Positions 48,401-59,400 of a DNA stretch of 64,000 nucleotides are shown piece after piece. Positions within the stretch are counted from its first letter, which is position 1, and every line of letters begins with the position of its first letter. The DNA lies in contig CAWHQA010000004.1 of the NCBI GenBank assembly GCA_963831325.1, forward strand, positions 128,069-192,068, written 5' to 3'. The notes beneath the pieces are model-generated. The model saw only the letters and a list, made by a program, of their open reading frames with translations. It was not told the DNA's origin and ran no database searches. The position numbers and the translations under genes are program-made. This stretch comes from an uncultured Actinomycetes bacterium (GTDB lineage Bacteria > Actinomycetota > UBA4738 > HRBIN12).

Positions 48401-49036
48401 GATGGCGCCGCGCTGACGCCGGGTGGCGGCCGACCTGGATGCCTGCACGTACCGTGCCTGCGCGGGGGTGGCCCTCGGCTCCGACCCCGATGCCACGACC
48501 GCCTCGGCTTCGGCGATCTCCGCGCCCCGCAGCAACAGGGCCTTCGTGTCGTCCTTCCGTTCCCACTCGCCGGCCTGCACCCCGAGCTTCGTGTGTGCTC
48601 GTACGTGCTCGAGGTCGGTCCGAAGTGCCTCCACCGCTCGGTCCACCGCGCCGCCGAGGGCTCCGTCGGTGGCATCGATCCAGTTGAGCGCCGCGAGCGG
48701 CCCCGGCACCGATGCGGCATCGGTGGATCGCACCATGACCGGCACGATCCGCTTACCCGCCCCCCGGGCGAGCTCGAGCTCCTCCGCACAGACCTTCGAG
48801 TTCGCGAGGGAGGGGGAGACGACGACCAGGTAACCGTCGGAGGACTCGATCGCCGATCCGATCTCGGCCATCCACTCGGCCGAGGGTGGGATGTCCTCGA
48901 GGTCCACCCACGCCTTCAGCCCTCGTGCGTCGAGGCCCGCCACGATTGCTACCACGGCCTCCCGGTCGGCGCGGGAGTAGGAGACGAACACGTCGTGGGG
49001 CTGGGTGGACTCGCTCGACTCGGCAGCGCTCAACAC
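45405..49036 (-). CDS. TIR + single TM helix + WD40 beta-propeller array + C-terminal domain, paralog 1 (heavily frame-broken)
   Basis: GTG 49036 overlaps the stop of paralog 2 (GTGTTGA). The TIR part is HDVFVSYSRADREAVVAIVAGLDARGLKAWVDLEDIPPSAEWM..SKVCAEELELA... The linker is HVRAHTKLGVQAGEWERKDDTKALLLRG. The TM helix is AIAAVAAALVVSLALSAFALV. WD40 blades (..TGSTDGTARLWD.., ..TASFDGTAIVWD.., ..TAGEDGIARTWD.., etc.) are spread over ORFs 47963.., 47442.., 47192.., 47011.., 46210... After ..IDRCDACGSIGELISLARRRL comes a ~250-aa C-terminal domain ending ..AVDRVLATFAIAD* (stop at 45405). Confidence 0.8.
48330..49036 (-). repeat. Conserved ~0.7-kb 5' module (TIR + linker + TM), copy in paralog 1
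   Basis: Long runs are identical or near-identical in DNA and protein to 51154..51882 and 54548..55275. Similarity stops right after the TM helix (..ALVQRG). Confidence 0.8.
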
Positions 49037-51882
49037 GTGGCTCGATACTGCGCGAAGGGGATGAGGTCTTTCCACTCGGCCTCGGTGAGGTTCCTGCCGG
49101 CCGCCGAGCACAAGTGCTCGGCGAGGAGTTCGACGTCGTCGGACCACGCGACCGACGGGAGCACCAAGATGCTTCCGTCGTCGCTGGCCGCCACCAAGCT
49201 CGTTCCCTCGGGATCGAACGCGAGTGAGTTCACCCAATCGCGTTGCTCTGGCAGTCGGTCCCCGATGACCTCGCCGGTGCTCGCCTCGAACAGCGCGACT
49301 TCGCCCGCGACCGTGCCTGCGGCGAGCACGTTTCCATCGGGGCTGAACGCCACGCTCTGCACACCGTCGCCCAGTGTGAGCTCGAATTCCGGCTCGCGGC
49401 TCTCGACGCTCAGCACGACCACGTCGCCACGGAAGTTGCCGATCGCCAGTCGTTCGCCGCTCGGATCGAAGGCCATGGCGTACACCGCACTCCGCTGCTT
49501 CAGCACGGGTTCGCCCACGACACTTCCATCGGAGGGGTCGCGGAACACCACCGTGCCGTTGAGGCTGCTCGTGGCCAGGATCGAGCCATCGGGGCTGAAG
49601 GCGAGCGCGTAGATGAATCCCTTCTGACCAGGCACCAGCTCGCCGATCGGTTCGCCGCTCTCGGCGTTCCAGAGCTGCACATCGCCTTCGAGGCTGCCGG
49701 TCGCGACGGTCGAGCCGTCGGGGCTTATCGCCACGCCCGTGAGGAACGGCCCAGGCGCCTGAGTGGGCTCGAGGATCTCGAGCGCCAGCGAGTTCCATCG
49801 GCGCAGATCGCTTTGGAATGCGGCTGGGTCGAGCGCGGTACCGACCAATGTCTCGCCGTCGGGGGAGTAGGCCACGCCGTACGCGCCCTGTTCGTCGAAC
49901 GTTGCGATCGCCTCGAGCGTCCCGGTATCCCAGACGGTCACCCTTCCGGTCGTGACACCACCCCCGTCGAGGTACTCGATGGGATAGGTCGAGGCGAAAC
50001 TCTCGCCGTCGGGGTGGAAGGTCACCACGTTGACCGGCCCGCCGCCGCCCGCGAGCCGGTGCTTCACATCCCACACCACGACGGTGCTGTCGGAGCTCCC
50101 TGAGATCACCGAGCCGCCGTCGGGCGTGAACGCTAGGCCGTTGACCCAATCGGTGTGAGCGCGCAGCGGCTGGCTCACCTGCTCCCCTGTGTCGACGTCC
50201 CAGAGGCGCACCGTGGTATCCGCGCTTCCCGACGCAAGCGTTCGCCCGTCAGGGGAGAACGCGACGTCGTACGCGGCGTCATCGTGGCCTTGCAACTGCC
50301 AGAGCCGTTCTCCTGTCCCCAGATCGAATACGAGGACCTCGCCCGTCGCGGCCTGAGAGCGACGCGCGAGCGTGGCGACGGCCACCGACCGTCCGTCGGG
50401 GCTGACGTCGAGTCCCCACGCTTCCTCGGCCGACAGCTCGAACGTCGAAACCTTCTGGCCGGTCTTCAGGTCCCACGACGACATCAGCCCGCCTTCGGTG
50501 CTCGCGATGATGTCGTCGTTGTTGCCCGCGAACGCGAGTCCCCATACGGGCTGACGACCCACGCGGATCGGTGCGCGCATGATCGGGGTTCCGGAACCAG
50601 CGTTCCACGCGTGCACCGTTCCCTCACTGGTGCCGCCGAGAACGATCCGTCCGTCGAGTGAGAACGCGACGGATGTCACGTCACCGTCGTCGACGGGAAG
50701 CGGTTCACCGATCGCCTCGCCGGTAGTCGGATCCCACAGGTCCACGCTCCCGTCAGTCCCACCGGAGGCCAGCGTGCCGTCGGCGGCAAACGCCATGGAG
50801 AACACCGAACGGTCGTCGGCATCGATAGATTCCCCGGTCGGTTTACCGCTCTCGGCGGACCAGATCGAGATCTGGCCGTCGTTGTCGCTCGCGGCGATGA
50901 TCGACCCATCAGGTGCAACCGCCGCCGAGTTCACGCCGTTCGGCCCTCGCAGCGTGTGCTCGATCCAGATCGAACGCTGCGCAGCGACGTGCAATGCATC
51001 GAGTGCCTCGGGCGTTGGCGCGGTGCGGTAGGCCTCGAGGGCGAGCAGCATGCCAACGTCGAGCCGATCGTCCATGCTCAGGAGCGCCTCGGAGGCGAGT
51101 GCCCGTGAGTTGGCGACCTGGGTCTGCGACTCCGCACGGTCACGTTGCTCGACCGCCTCGCCCCGCTGCACCAGCGCGAACGCGCTGAGCGCGAGCGAAA
51201 CGACGAGCGCCGCGGCCACCGCTCCGATCGCAGAGCGCTGTCGCCGGGTGGCGGCCGCCCTGGACGCCTGCACGTACCGTGCCTGGGCCGGGGTGGCCCT
51301 CGGCTCCGAACCTGAGGCCACGACCGCTTCGGCCTCGACGATCTCCCCGCCCCGCAGCAACAGGGCCTTCGTGTCGTCCTTTCGCTCCCACTCGGCGGCT
51401 CGCACCCCGAGCTTGGTGTGTGCACGAACGTGGTCCAGGTCGGTCCGTAGCGCCTCCACCGCTCGGTCCAACGCACCGTCGAGGGCTCCGTCGGTGGCAT
51501 CGATCCAGTTGAGCGCCGCGAGCGCCCCGGGCACTGAGCCCGGATCGGTGGGGCGCACCATGACCGGCACGATCCGCTTGCCGGCCCTCCGAGCGAGTTC
51601 GAGCTCTTCGCCACAGACCTCGGAGCTCACGAGGGACGGGGAGACCGCGACCAGATAGCCGTCAGAGGCCTCTATCGCGGCTCGGATCTCGGCCATCCAT
51701 TCCGCCGAGGGCGGGATGTCCTCCAGATCTACCCACGCCTTGAGGCTCTTTGCCTCGAGACCCGCCACCAGCGCCACCACTGCCTCCCGGTCTGTGCGGG
51801 AGTAGGAAACGAACACGTCATGGCCCTGGGCAGGCTCGCTCGATCTGGCCTGCGCGGGCACACGCGGCTCGGTTTCGGTCAC
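49030..51882 (-). CDS. TIR + single TM helix + ~14-blade WD40 array, paralog 2 (intact)
   Basis: Intact 950-aa ORF. SD GGGAGG precedes GTG 51882. The TIR domain is about aa 21-140 (HDVFVSYSRTDREAVVALVAGLEAKSLKAWVDLEDIPPSAEWMAEIRAAIEASDGYLVAVSPSLVSSEVCGEELELARRAGKRIVPVMV). The TM helix is aa 218-238 (AIGAVAAALVVSLALSAFALV), preceded by RRQR. About 14 blades follow, of the type ..SPDGxxLAxGSxDxTVxLWD... There is no P-loop between the TIR domain and the repeats. Confidence 0.9.
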   Translation of the reverse strand: MTETEPRVPAQARSSEPAQGHDVFVSYSRTDREAVVALVAGLEAKSLKAWVDLEDIPPSAEWMAEIRAAIEASDGYLVAVSPSLVSSEVCGEELELARRAGKRIVPVMVRPTDPGSVPGALAALNWIDATDGALDGALDRAVEALRTDLDHVRAHTKLGVRAAEWERKDDTKALLLRGGEIVEAEAVVASGSEPRATPAQARYVQASRAAATRRQRSAIGAVAAALVVSLALSAFALVQRGEAVEQRDRAESQTQVANSRALASEALLSMDDRLDVGMLLALEAYRTAPTPEALDALHVAAQRSIWIEHTLRGPNGVNSAAVAPDGSIIAASDNDGQISIWSAESGKPTGESIDADDRSVFSMAFAADGTLASGGTDGSVDLWDPTTGEAIGEPLPVDDGDVTSVAFSLDGRIVLGGTSEGTVHAWNAGSGTPIMRAPIRVGRQPVWGLAFAGNNDDIIASTEGGLMSSWDLKTGQKVSTFELSAEEAWGLDVSPDGRSVAVATLARRSQAATGEVLVFDLGTGERLWQLQGHDDAAYDVAFSPDGRTLASGSADTTVRLWDVDTGEQVSQPLRAHTDWVNGLAFTPDGGSVISGSSDSTVVVWDVKHRLAGGGGPVNVVTFHPDGESFASTYPIEYLDGGGVTTGRVTVWDTGTLEAIATFDEQGAYGVAYSPDGETLVGTALDPAAFQSDLRRWNSLALEILEPTQAPGPFLTGVAISPDGSTVATGSLEGDVQLWNAESGEPIGELVPGQKGFIYALAFSPDGSILATSSLNGTVVFRDPSDGSVVGEPVLKQRSAVYAMAFDPSGERLAIGNFRGDVVVLSVESREPEFELTLGDGVQSVAFSPDGNVLAAGTVAGEVALFEASTGEVIGDRLPEQRDWVNSLAFDPEGTSLVAASDDGSILVLPSVAWSDDVELLAEHLCSAAGRNLTEAEWKDLIPFAQYRATC
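51154..51882 (-). repeat. Conserved ~0.7-kb 5' module (TIR + linker + TM), copy in paralog 2
   Basis: See 48330..49036. The similarity to paralog 3 extends about 25 nt upstream of the start codon (CTAGGCTCC.GG.CGGGAGGTTCCTCGTG). Confidence 0.8.
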
Positions 51883-52017
51883 GAGGAACCTCCCGCCGGG
51901 AGCCTAGTTCATGACCTAGGTCTGGCGATAGCGTGCTTGAGGGGACTCAGGAAGTCTCGAAAGCGACAGGATCGGCGAGTCCAAGTCGGCATCCCCCCGG
52001 TATGCGACGACCCCGGA

Positions 52018-55000
52018 TCAGGGGGTCCAGCCCACACGCTCCCACTGGTGGGCGGCGAGCGCCTGGACCCAGCCCTCGTTCGAGAGCTCGTCCCCGCAGC
52101 CGGGCAGCTCGATCGACTCGGGGGCGACGAAACGGACGGCCGAGGGACCGTCTGGCACTAGCCGTCCGGAGAACGAGTACCCGACGCACTTCGGGGGACC
52201 CGCGCTCGTGTGATGAGCGTGACCCTTTCCCCCGATCGCTCGATCGAGCCGCTCCAGTCGTCCAGGTCGCCGTTCGACGACCGCACGTGATATCGCCAGG
52301 TGTCACCCTCGAAGTACCAGGTGTAGACGCCCGCAAGCCATCGATGGTCGTTCGGTCCGAACGGTGGGCTCGGGAAATCCTCACGCTCGAGCTCGACGCG
52401 GAAGGCGCCCTCGGGAACCGGTGACTCCGGAAGGGCCGACGGTTCGGACGAGGCCGGACTAGCACGCGTGTCGGGGCACCGATCGACGTGGAGGTACTGC
52501 CGGCACTCGACCTCCGTGAGGTCGCGCGAGAGCCTCGAACGGGCGAGGGCGACGAGCTCGTCAACTTCGAGGGTGAACACGCGGAGCGTGCCATCTTCGC
52601 TCGCCGTGGCGAGCTCGGATCCATCGGGACTGAAGGCGATGCCCCAGATCGGTGCCGTGTGTCCTCGGAGCGCCAGGAGCTCCTCGCCGGTCTCTGCGTC
52701 CCAGACGTAGGCGATCCCGTCACCGCCTCCGGTCGCGAGCTGCGAGCCGTCAGGGCTGAACGCCACCGACTGGACGAACCCGACTCCCCCCATGGAGGCG
52801 AGCTCTCGACCCGAGGCGCTCAGTACAGTTGCGCCGTCTCCGCCGGCCGTGGCGATCCTCGAGCCATCCGGGCTGAAGGTGACCGAGCTCGCGAGCCCTC
52901 CACCCGACTGCACACGCGTGAGCTCCTCTCCCGATGATGTATCCCACACATAGAGCGTGGCCAGGCCGCTCAGGCCCGCGAGCAGATCTCCGTGCGGCGC
53001 GAACGCCACATCCACCATGCTGTCTCGCGCGTTGCTTGGCTCGCCGAGCGTATGCATGGTCCGGCCAGTAGCTGCGTCGAACACGGCAGCGGTACCGAGC
53101 TGCCCGGCAACGGCCACCCGAGTACCATCCCCCGATAACGCCATGGCGTTCGGCCAGTTCTCGTCGTCGCCATGGGTCGGGAAATGACTCACCACCGACC
53201 CATCGTCCGTCTGCACGATCTGGACGTCATCCTTCGGCGTGAGGAACGCCATGGTGCTGCCCCCGGGACCGAACGTCCCGTTGCGGAACCCGTCTAGGTA
53301 GCCGCGGACGAGCTCTCCCGTTTCGATGTCCCACAACCAGCCGCGCCCATACCACTCCGTCGTGAGCAGCGAGTTCCCGTCTGGGTGATACGCGAGATCG
53401 TTGAGGCCGGCGGGCTCCTCGATGCCGAGACGCTCGGCCGTCCCCGCCCGTGAGACGTCCCAGACCCGGGCTGTCCCGTCGGTCCCGCCGGTGAGGAGCT
53501 GGGTCCCATCGGGGCTGAACGACACGAGCGCGATCAGCCCCCGGTGTCCCGGGAGTGCGAGCACCTCCTCGCCGGTCTCGGCGTCGAAGACGCGGGCCAC
53601 ACCATCGCTACCCCCTGTGGCGACCAGGTCGCCGTCTGAGCTCCAGTCGACACCGATCACGTTCCCGGGACTCAGGATCCGCACCTCGGGCACGCGATCG
53701 AACCCGCCCTCGATACGAAGGTCCCAAACATTCACGCCTCCTTCGTCCGAGGTCACGAGCCGGGTCCCATCGGGGCTGAACGACATCTCCTGTGGGCAGA
53801 CGGCATCCAGCGACAGCACCTCCCGACCGGTACGCGCGTCGAGGATCACGGTCCGGTCGCGCGCGTTGGCGATCCTGGTGCCGTCAGGGCTCATGAGGGG
53901 TGTCGTGCACATCCCCCAGGGCTGATCGACTCGGAGGGTCTCGGCGCCGCTGTCGACATCGACCACCCGCACGACGCCACCCACGACGTTCCCGTCGGGA
54001 CCCGTGGGCAGCTCCCCGATCACGACCCGTTCACCGTCGTGCGCGAAGCGAGCTCCGGCGAGGATCCCGTCTTCAGCCTGCGGGATCACGGCCTGCACAT
54101 CGCCGGTGGCGACGTCCCAGATGCGGACACCGTCCTGTTCCTCATCGGAGACGCTCACGATCTGGGAGGCGTCGGGGCTGAACGCCACGTAGTTGAGGTC
54201 CGAGGTGTGACCCGAGAGTCGCTGCACCTCCGCACCCGTCTGCGCGTCCCACAGGATGGCGTCGACCCCCTCCTTTCCGCCGGCCGTTCCGCCCGTGAGC
54301 AGGAGCCGCCCGTCGGGACTCCACGCCACGTTCCCGGTGGAGGGATCGACGATGGTCAGGAGCTCACGGTCGGCCTCCACCGCATCATGCAGCGCCTGTT
54401 CCGCCTCGGGGAGGACGGCCTCATCGTCCCGCGTCGCGTCCACCGCTGCCAGAGCCAGGAGGATGCTGAGCTGCGGATCTACCGAGAGGTTCGCGGTCGA
54501 GGCGGCCGCGAGCTCTCGAGCCGTCGCCACGCGCGTCTGGCGTTCGGCCCGACCACGCTGGACGAGTGCGATCGCGCTCAAAGCCAGCGAGACGACGAGC
54601 GCCGCAGCCACCGCCCCGATCGCAGCACGTTGACGCCGGGTGGCGGCCGAGCGCGACGCCTGCACGAACCGAGCCTGGGCAGGGGTCGCCCTCGGATCCG
54701 AACCCGAGGCCACGACCGCTTCGGCCTCGGCGATTTCCCCTCCCCGCAGCAACAGCGCCTTCGTCTCGTCCTTCCGTTCCCACTCGGTGGCCCGCACCCC
54801 GAGCTTCGTGTGTGCCCGGACGTGGTCGAGGTCGGTCCGAAGGGCCTCCACGACCTGGTCCACCCGGTGGTCGAGCGCGCCGTCGGTGGCATCGATCCAG
54901 TTGAGCGCCGCCAGGGTCGTGGGCACCGAGCCTGGATCGGTGGGGCGCACCATGACCGGCACGATCCGCTTACCGGCCTCGCGCGCGAGTTCGAGCTCTT

Positions 55001-55275
55001 CGGCACAGACCTGCGAGCTCGCGAGGGAAGGGGAGACCACCACCAGGTAGCCGTCGGAGGCCTCGATCGCGGCTCTGAATCTCGGCCATCCACTCGGCCG
55101 ATGGCGGGATGTCCTCGAGATCCACCCACGCCTTGAGTCCCCGTGCGTCGAGTCCCGCGACCAGCGCCACCACGACCTCCCGGTCCGCGCGGGAGTAGGA
55201 GACGAACACGTCGTGGGGCTGGGCAGGCTCGCTCGACTCGGCCTGCGCGGGCATGCGCGGCTCGGTCTCGGTCAC
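52018..55275 (-). CDS. TIR + single TM helix + WD40 array + distinct C-terminal domain, paralog 3 (two frame breaks)
   Basis: GTG 55275 starts MTETEPRMPAQAESSEPAQPHDVFVSYSRADREVVVALVAGLDARGLKAWVDLEDIPPSAEWMAEI. A 1-nt insertion near 55080 shifts the frame into ORF 52158..55043 (..VVSPSLASSQVCAEELELAREAGKRIVPVMV.., TM AIGAVAAALVVSLALSAIALV, WD40 blades, ..HVDRCPD..). A second shift near 52190 extends the C-terminus to ..CVGYSFSGRLVPDGPSAVRFVAPESIELPGCGDELSNEGWVQALAAHQWERVGWTP* (stop at 52018). Confidence 0.85.
54548..55275 (-). repeat. Conserved ~0.7-kb 5' module (TIR + linker + TM), copy in paralog 3
   Basis: See 48330..49036. Confidence 0.8.
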
Positions 55276-55485
55276 GAGGAACCTCCCGGCCGGAGCCTAG
55301 CCCACGGAAATGTCCTGCACGAACGCCAGGTGGGGCCGCGCTCGGCGTCCGCGGCCGAGTGAGTCCTCTAGTCCCCTCGAATTCGGTGGCTCCTTGGTCA
55401 GCTGTTGACTGATCAGGATGCCATCGCCCTGGAGGCCTTGGCTCATGAGACCATTCGTAGGCTTCACCCGCCCGCGCGGGGCGCC

Positions 55486-55515
55486 TTGACTTGGCCAACG
55501 CCGCGGGAGTAGACA
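55486..55515 (+). promoter_or_regulatory. Possible sigma-70-type promoter for the PD40 gene
   Basis: TTGACT (55486-55491), an 18-nt spacer, then TAGACA (55510-55515), about 40 bp upstream of ATG 55553. This is pattern match only. Confidence 0.25.
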
Positions 55516-55552
55516 TCGCTGCAATCCGGCATCAGCCGCGAATGGGGGAGCT

Positions 55553-56463
55553 ATGAGGCGGACATGGATCGGGGTCGCTGCTCTGACCGCGCTGGTTCTG
55601 GTAGCGCAACCGGCGGCGGCGACCTTCCCCGGGGGCAACGGCAAGATCGCCTACTTCGATTACACCGGTGAACCACTCCACATCTACTCGATCGATCCGG
55701 ACGGTTCAGGACGGATACAGCTCACCTCAGGCTCGATGGCTAATCAGTACCCGGCGTGGTCGGCCGACGGCGCCACGATCGCGTATGTCCGCTCACGCGG
55801 GATCGAGACGGGCCGTCATTCCATCCTCACGATGAACGCTGACGGCACAGGCGACACCGTCCTGTTCCGCGCGAAAGACAACCGGAAGGAGATCCTCGAT
55901 CCGGCGTGGTCCCCGGACGGCACCCAGATCGTGTTCTGCGCCGAAGGGCGTCAACCACCTGCGCTCTTCGTCATCGACGCCGACGGGACCGGCCTGACGA
56001 AGCTCACGCGCGGACGACACTTCGACTGCCACCCGTCGTGGTCCCCGGACGGCAGCACGATCGCGTTCGCGACGATCAGGGGACGGCACTTCTCGATCGC
56101 GACCATGGCCACCGACGGGTCGAACAGGACGCTGTTGGTCCGCCGTGGGTCGAATGACGTGCCCGATTGGTCGCCTGACGGATCCCAGCTGGTGTTCTTC
56201 CGGGTGCACGGGCGCCGCAGCGACGTCTTCATCATCGATGCGGACGGCACCGGGCGAACCCAGTGACCCATTCGACGAAACGGTGGGAATGGACACCGAC
56301 AGTCTCGCCCGATGGCCAGCGGATCGCGTTCGGACGAGGACAGGGCCGGACGATCTTGCACGATGCCGACATCTACTCGATGGCGACGGACGGCACCGAC
56401 GTTCAGCGGCTCACGAGCACGGATCGTTTCGACGAGATCTGGCTCACCTGGCAACCCACGTAG
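55553..56463 (+). CDS. Secreted TolB-like / PD40 beta-propeller repeat protein (one frame break near 56260)
   Basis: The signal peptide is MRRTWIGVAALTALVLVAQPAAA. Then comes TFPGGNGKIAYF. Blades include WSADGATIAY, WSPDGTQIVF, WSPDGSTIAF and WSPDGSQLVF. It continues in ORF 56263..56463 (VSPDGQRIAF...DIYSMATDGTDVQRLT..). It is a paralog of 32255..33196. Confidence 0.8.
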
Positions 56464-56499
56464 GCCTGGCCACGATCGTCCTGCCGTCCTCGGCATTGG

Positions 56500-59400
56500 T
56501 CATCGCCCGATCTCGATGGTTCCGATGATGGGTCGGAGTGCCGCGAGGGTCCGCTCGAGTCCCTCGCGCGACTCCGCGCGGATCATCACGAGCACGATGC
56601 CCTCCTCGGTCTCGATCTCGATCCATCGCTGTTCGTCGCCACGTGAGACGCCGACGAACAGGTCGTGGGCAAGTGGACCCATTCGGTTCGTGACCGTGAT
56701 CGGCATGATCGGCAGGCAGTCGGTGCACATCGGGGGCAGGTTCTGCTGCTGTACCGAAGCGACGCGAAGATCGATAGCCGTTCCAGCAGCTCCGCCGAGC
56801 GTGGTGTCTTCGACCCGGCGTAGATCCAGGTGCGGATGATCGTCGACCCACGCGGCGAGGTCGTCGGGGAATGGGACGATGTTGCGACGCTCGTCCCATT
56901 CCTTCCATCCGTCGAAGACGCGCCCGGGTTCGAGGTGGACGAAGAAGATGTTCACGGCCGCATCGTCGGCCTTCGAGAGCAGGACCGAGGTCGCAGTCTG
57001 TGCTTCGCCTTCGTTGGCCCAGCCGATATCGGTCGTGGCGATCCATCCTTCGGGAACGCTGAAGGACAGGCTTGGAGCGAACCGGTGGCCGAGTAGGCGC
57101 CGGCTGGGAGCGGTCCGTCGCTGTATGTCCTCGCCATGCACGTCGACCAGTCCTGCCGGCCTCGATGCATCGTCGGTGGCAGGCTCCGAAGCTGTTCCCA
57201 GGAACGCGCTCTCTTCGGCGGCTGTCAGACCCCGCGTGGTCCGCTCTTCCGCGAGCTGAAGGAGTTCCTCCACGGGCACGCAGGCGTCGCAGCGATCGAC
57301 CCGAACGCCGTTCGCATCGTTGGTCACGATGGTGCGATCTCCAGCGACGAAGAAGGCCATCGTGGCGCCGTAGGCGGCATCGAAGGAGGCGACCAGCTCA
57401 CCCGACACAGGGTTCCAGATGCGTGTCGAGCCCCCGTCCTCGGCGGCGACCACCCATCGGCCGTCGTGACTGAACCTGGCATCCACCGAGCTCTCTTCGC
57501 TCTGCATCGTCGAGAGGACGCGACCCGTCCGCGCGTCCCATACCCGCACCGGTCCGTCATCGCTGCGGGTGACGACCATCCGCCCGTCCGGGGAGAAGCG
57601 TGCGTTCTGGATCAGGTCGGGGGCATCCAACGAGGCGACGACGCTGCCGTCATCGACATCGACGATCCTGGTCTGGCCGGACACGATCGCGAGCAGGTCC
57701 GCGTCCGGGCTGAAGTTGACCGACATCCCAACGGTCCCACTCCAGAGATCCTCGATCGACCACCGCTCTTCCGCGGAAGCCGCATCCCACATCCGGACGA
57801 CGCCATCGCCGCTGCCGGCGGTCACGACGTTGAGAGCATCCGCGCTGAGGGTTGCATCCCAGATGCCGCCACTCTCGGCGTTGCCGTGTTCGAAGGACGC
57901 CGTTTCCCTGCCGGTGACGGGATCCCAGAGCCTCGCCGTGCCGTCGTCGGAGAACGTGAGCGCGCGATCTCCGACCGGGACCGGGACGGGGACGGTGAAT
58001 CCCGGTCGATGACCGACCAGTTCCTCGATCTGCTCGCCGGACTCGATATCCCACACGTGTGCGACGCCGTCGAACCCTGCGGACGTCACGAGTGACCCGT
58101 CCGGCGAGACGGCGGCACCGATCTGGAGTTGACCGGCATCGACGTTGATGAGTTCGTCCCCGACTCGGCATCGATCACGATGACCCGACCCCCCATCGTG
58201 ACCACGGCGACCTGGGTGCCATCCGGGCTCTGCGTCATCCAGAAGACCTTCGTATCGAGCACGGTTCGCCCGGAGCTCGGTTCCCAGATCCGAGTCGTCC
58301 CGTCCTGCCCACCCGAGGCAACGAACGTTCCGTCGGGAGAGAAGCGCGCGTCAAGGACGGCGCCGTCGTGGCCGCTGGAGCACGGCGAGGGGGGAGCCGC
58401 TCTCTGCATCCCAGACACGCACGGTGCCGTCCTCGCCGGTGGTCACGACCTGGGATCCGTCGAGGCTGAACGCGATCGTGTTGAGGCCACCTTGATGCCC
58501 GCGAAGGACGAGCGTACGACCGGTCCCTCCGTTGACGATCCGAGCGGTTCCATCTTCGCTGGCGACACCGATCGATCTGCCGTCGGGGCTGAACAGGGCG
58601 TCGACGACAGCTCCGTTCATGCCGCCGACCTCTCGCAGCAACCTTCCCGACCGGGCGTCCCAGAGCTTCACGGTCGCATCCTCGCCAGCGGTCAGGATCC
58701 GCCGGGCATCGGGCGAGAAGCGGGAGACGTAGAGACCATCGGTGTGACCCTTCAGCGTATGGGCGAGGTCCTCACGGCGTAGGTCCCAAACCTTCGCGGT
58801 GTCGTCGTCGCTCGCTGAGGCGGCCAACGAACCGTCGGATCTTACGCTCACGTCATAGACGGGGCGATCGTGCGTGCCAAGGGTCGTGAGGCGCTCGCCG
58901 GTCTCGGCGTCCCACGCGAGCACGTTCCCATCACCGTCTCCGGTGATGACCGTCTCGCCATCGGGAGTCAGCTCGGCATCGAAGATGCCACCTCCGGTAC
59001 CGAGGAACGTGGCCACTTCCCTCCCCGAGTCCGTCTCCCAGATCTTGGCCGTCCCGTCGTAGCTGGTGGTGAGGACGCGGCTGCCATCCGAGCTGAAGCT
59101 TGCCGCGGCGATGAGATCCGTGTGTCCTGCGAGGACGAGCGGGTCCGACCGGATGCGAGATCCTGTATCCGAGCCGTGCCGTCGTAGCTGGCGGTGAGCA
59201 ATCGATCGCCGTCGGGCGAGTACTGGACGACCGATACAGGACCGTCGTGTTCGGTGAATGAGGAACGCACCCGCGACTCATCGATCGATTGCCGCATGGA
59301 GTCGACGGCTTCGGGGGTCTGTTCCACCTTCAGCGCTTCGGAGGCGAGCAGGAGCGAAAGTTCAGGATCGGTTTCTAATTGGTCGATGGCTGCCGACGCC

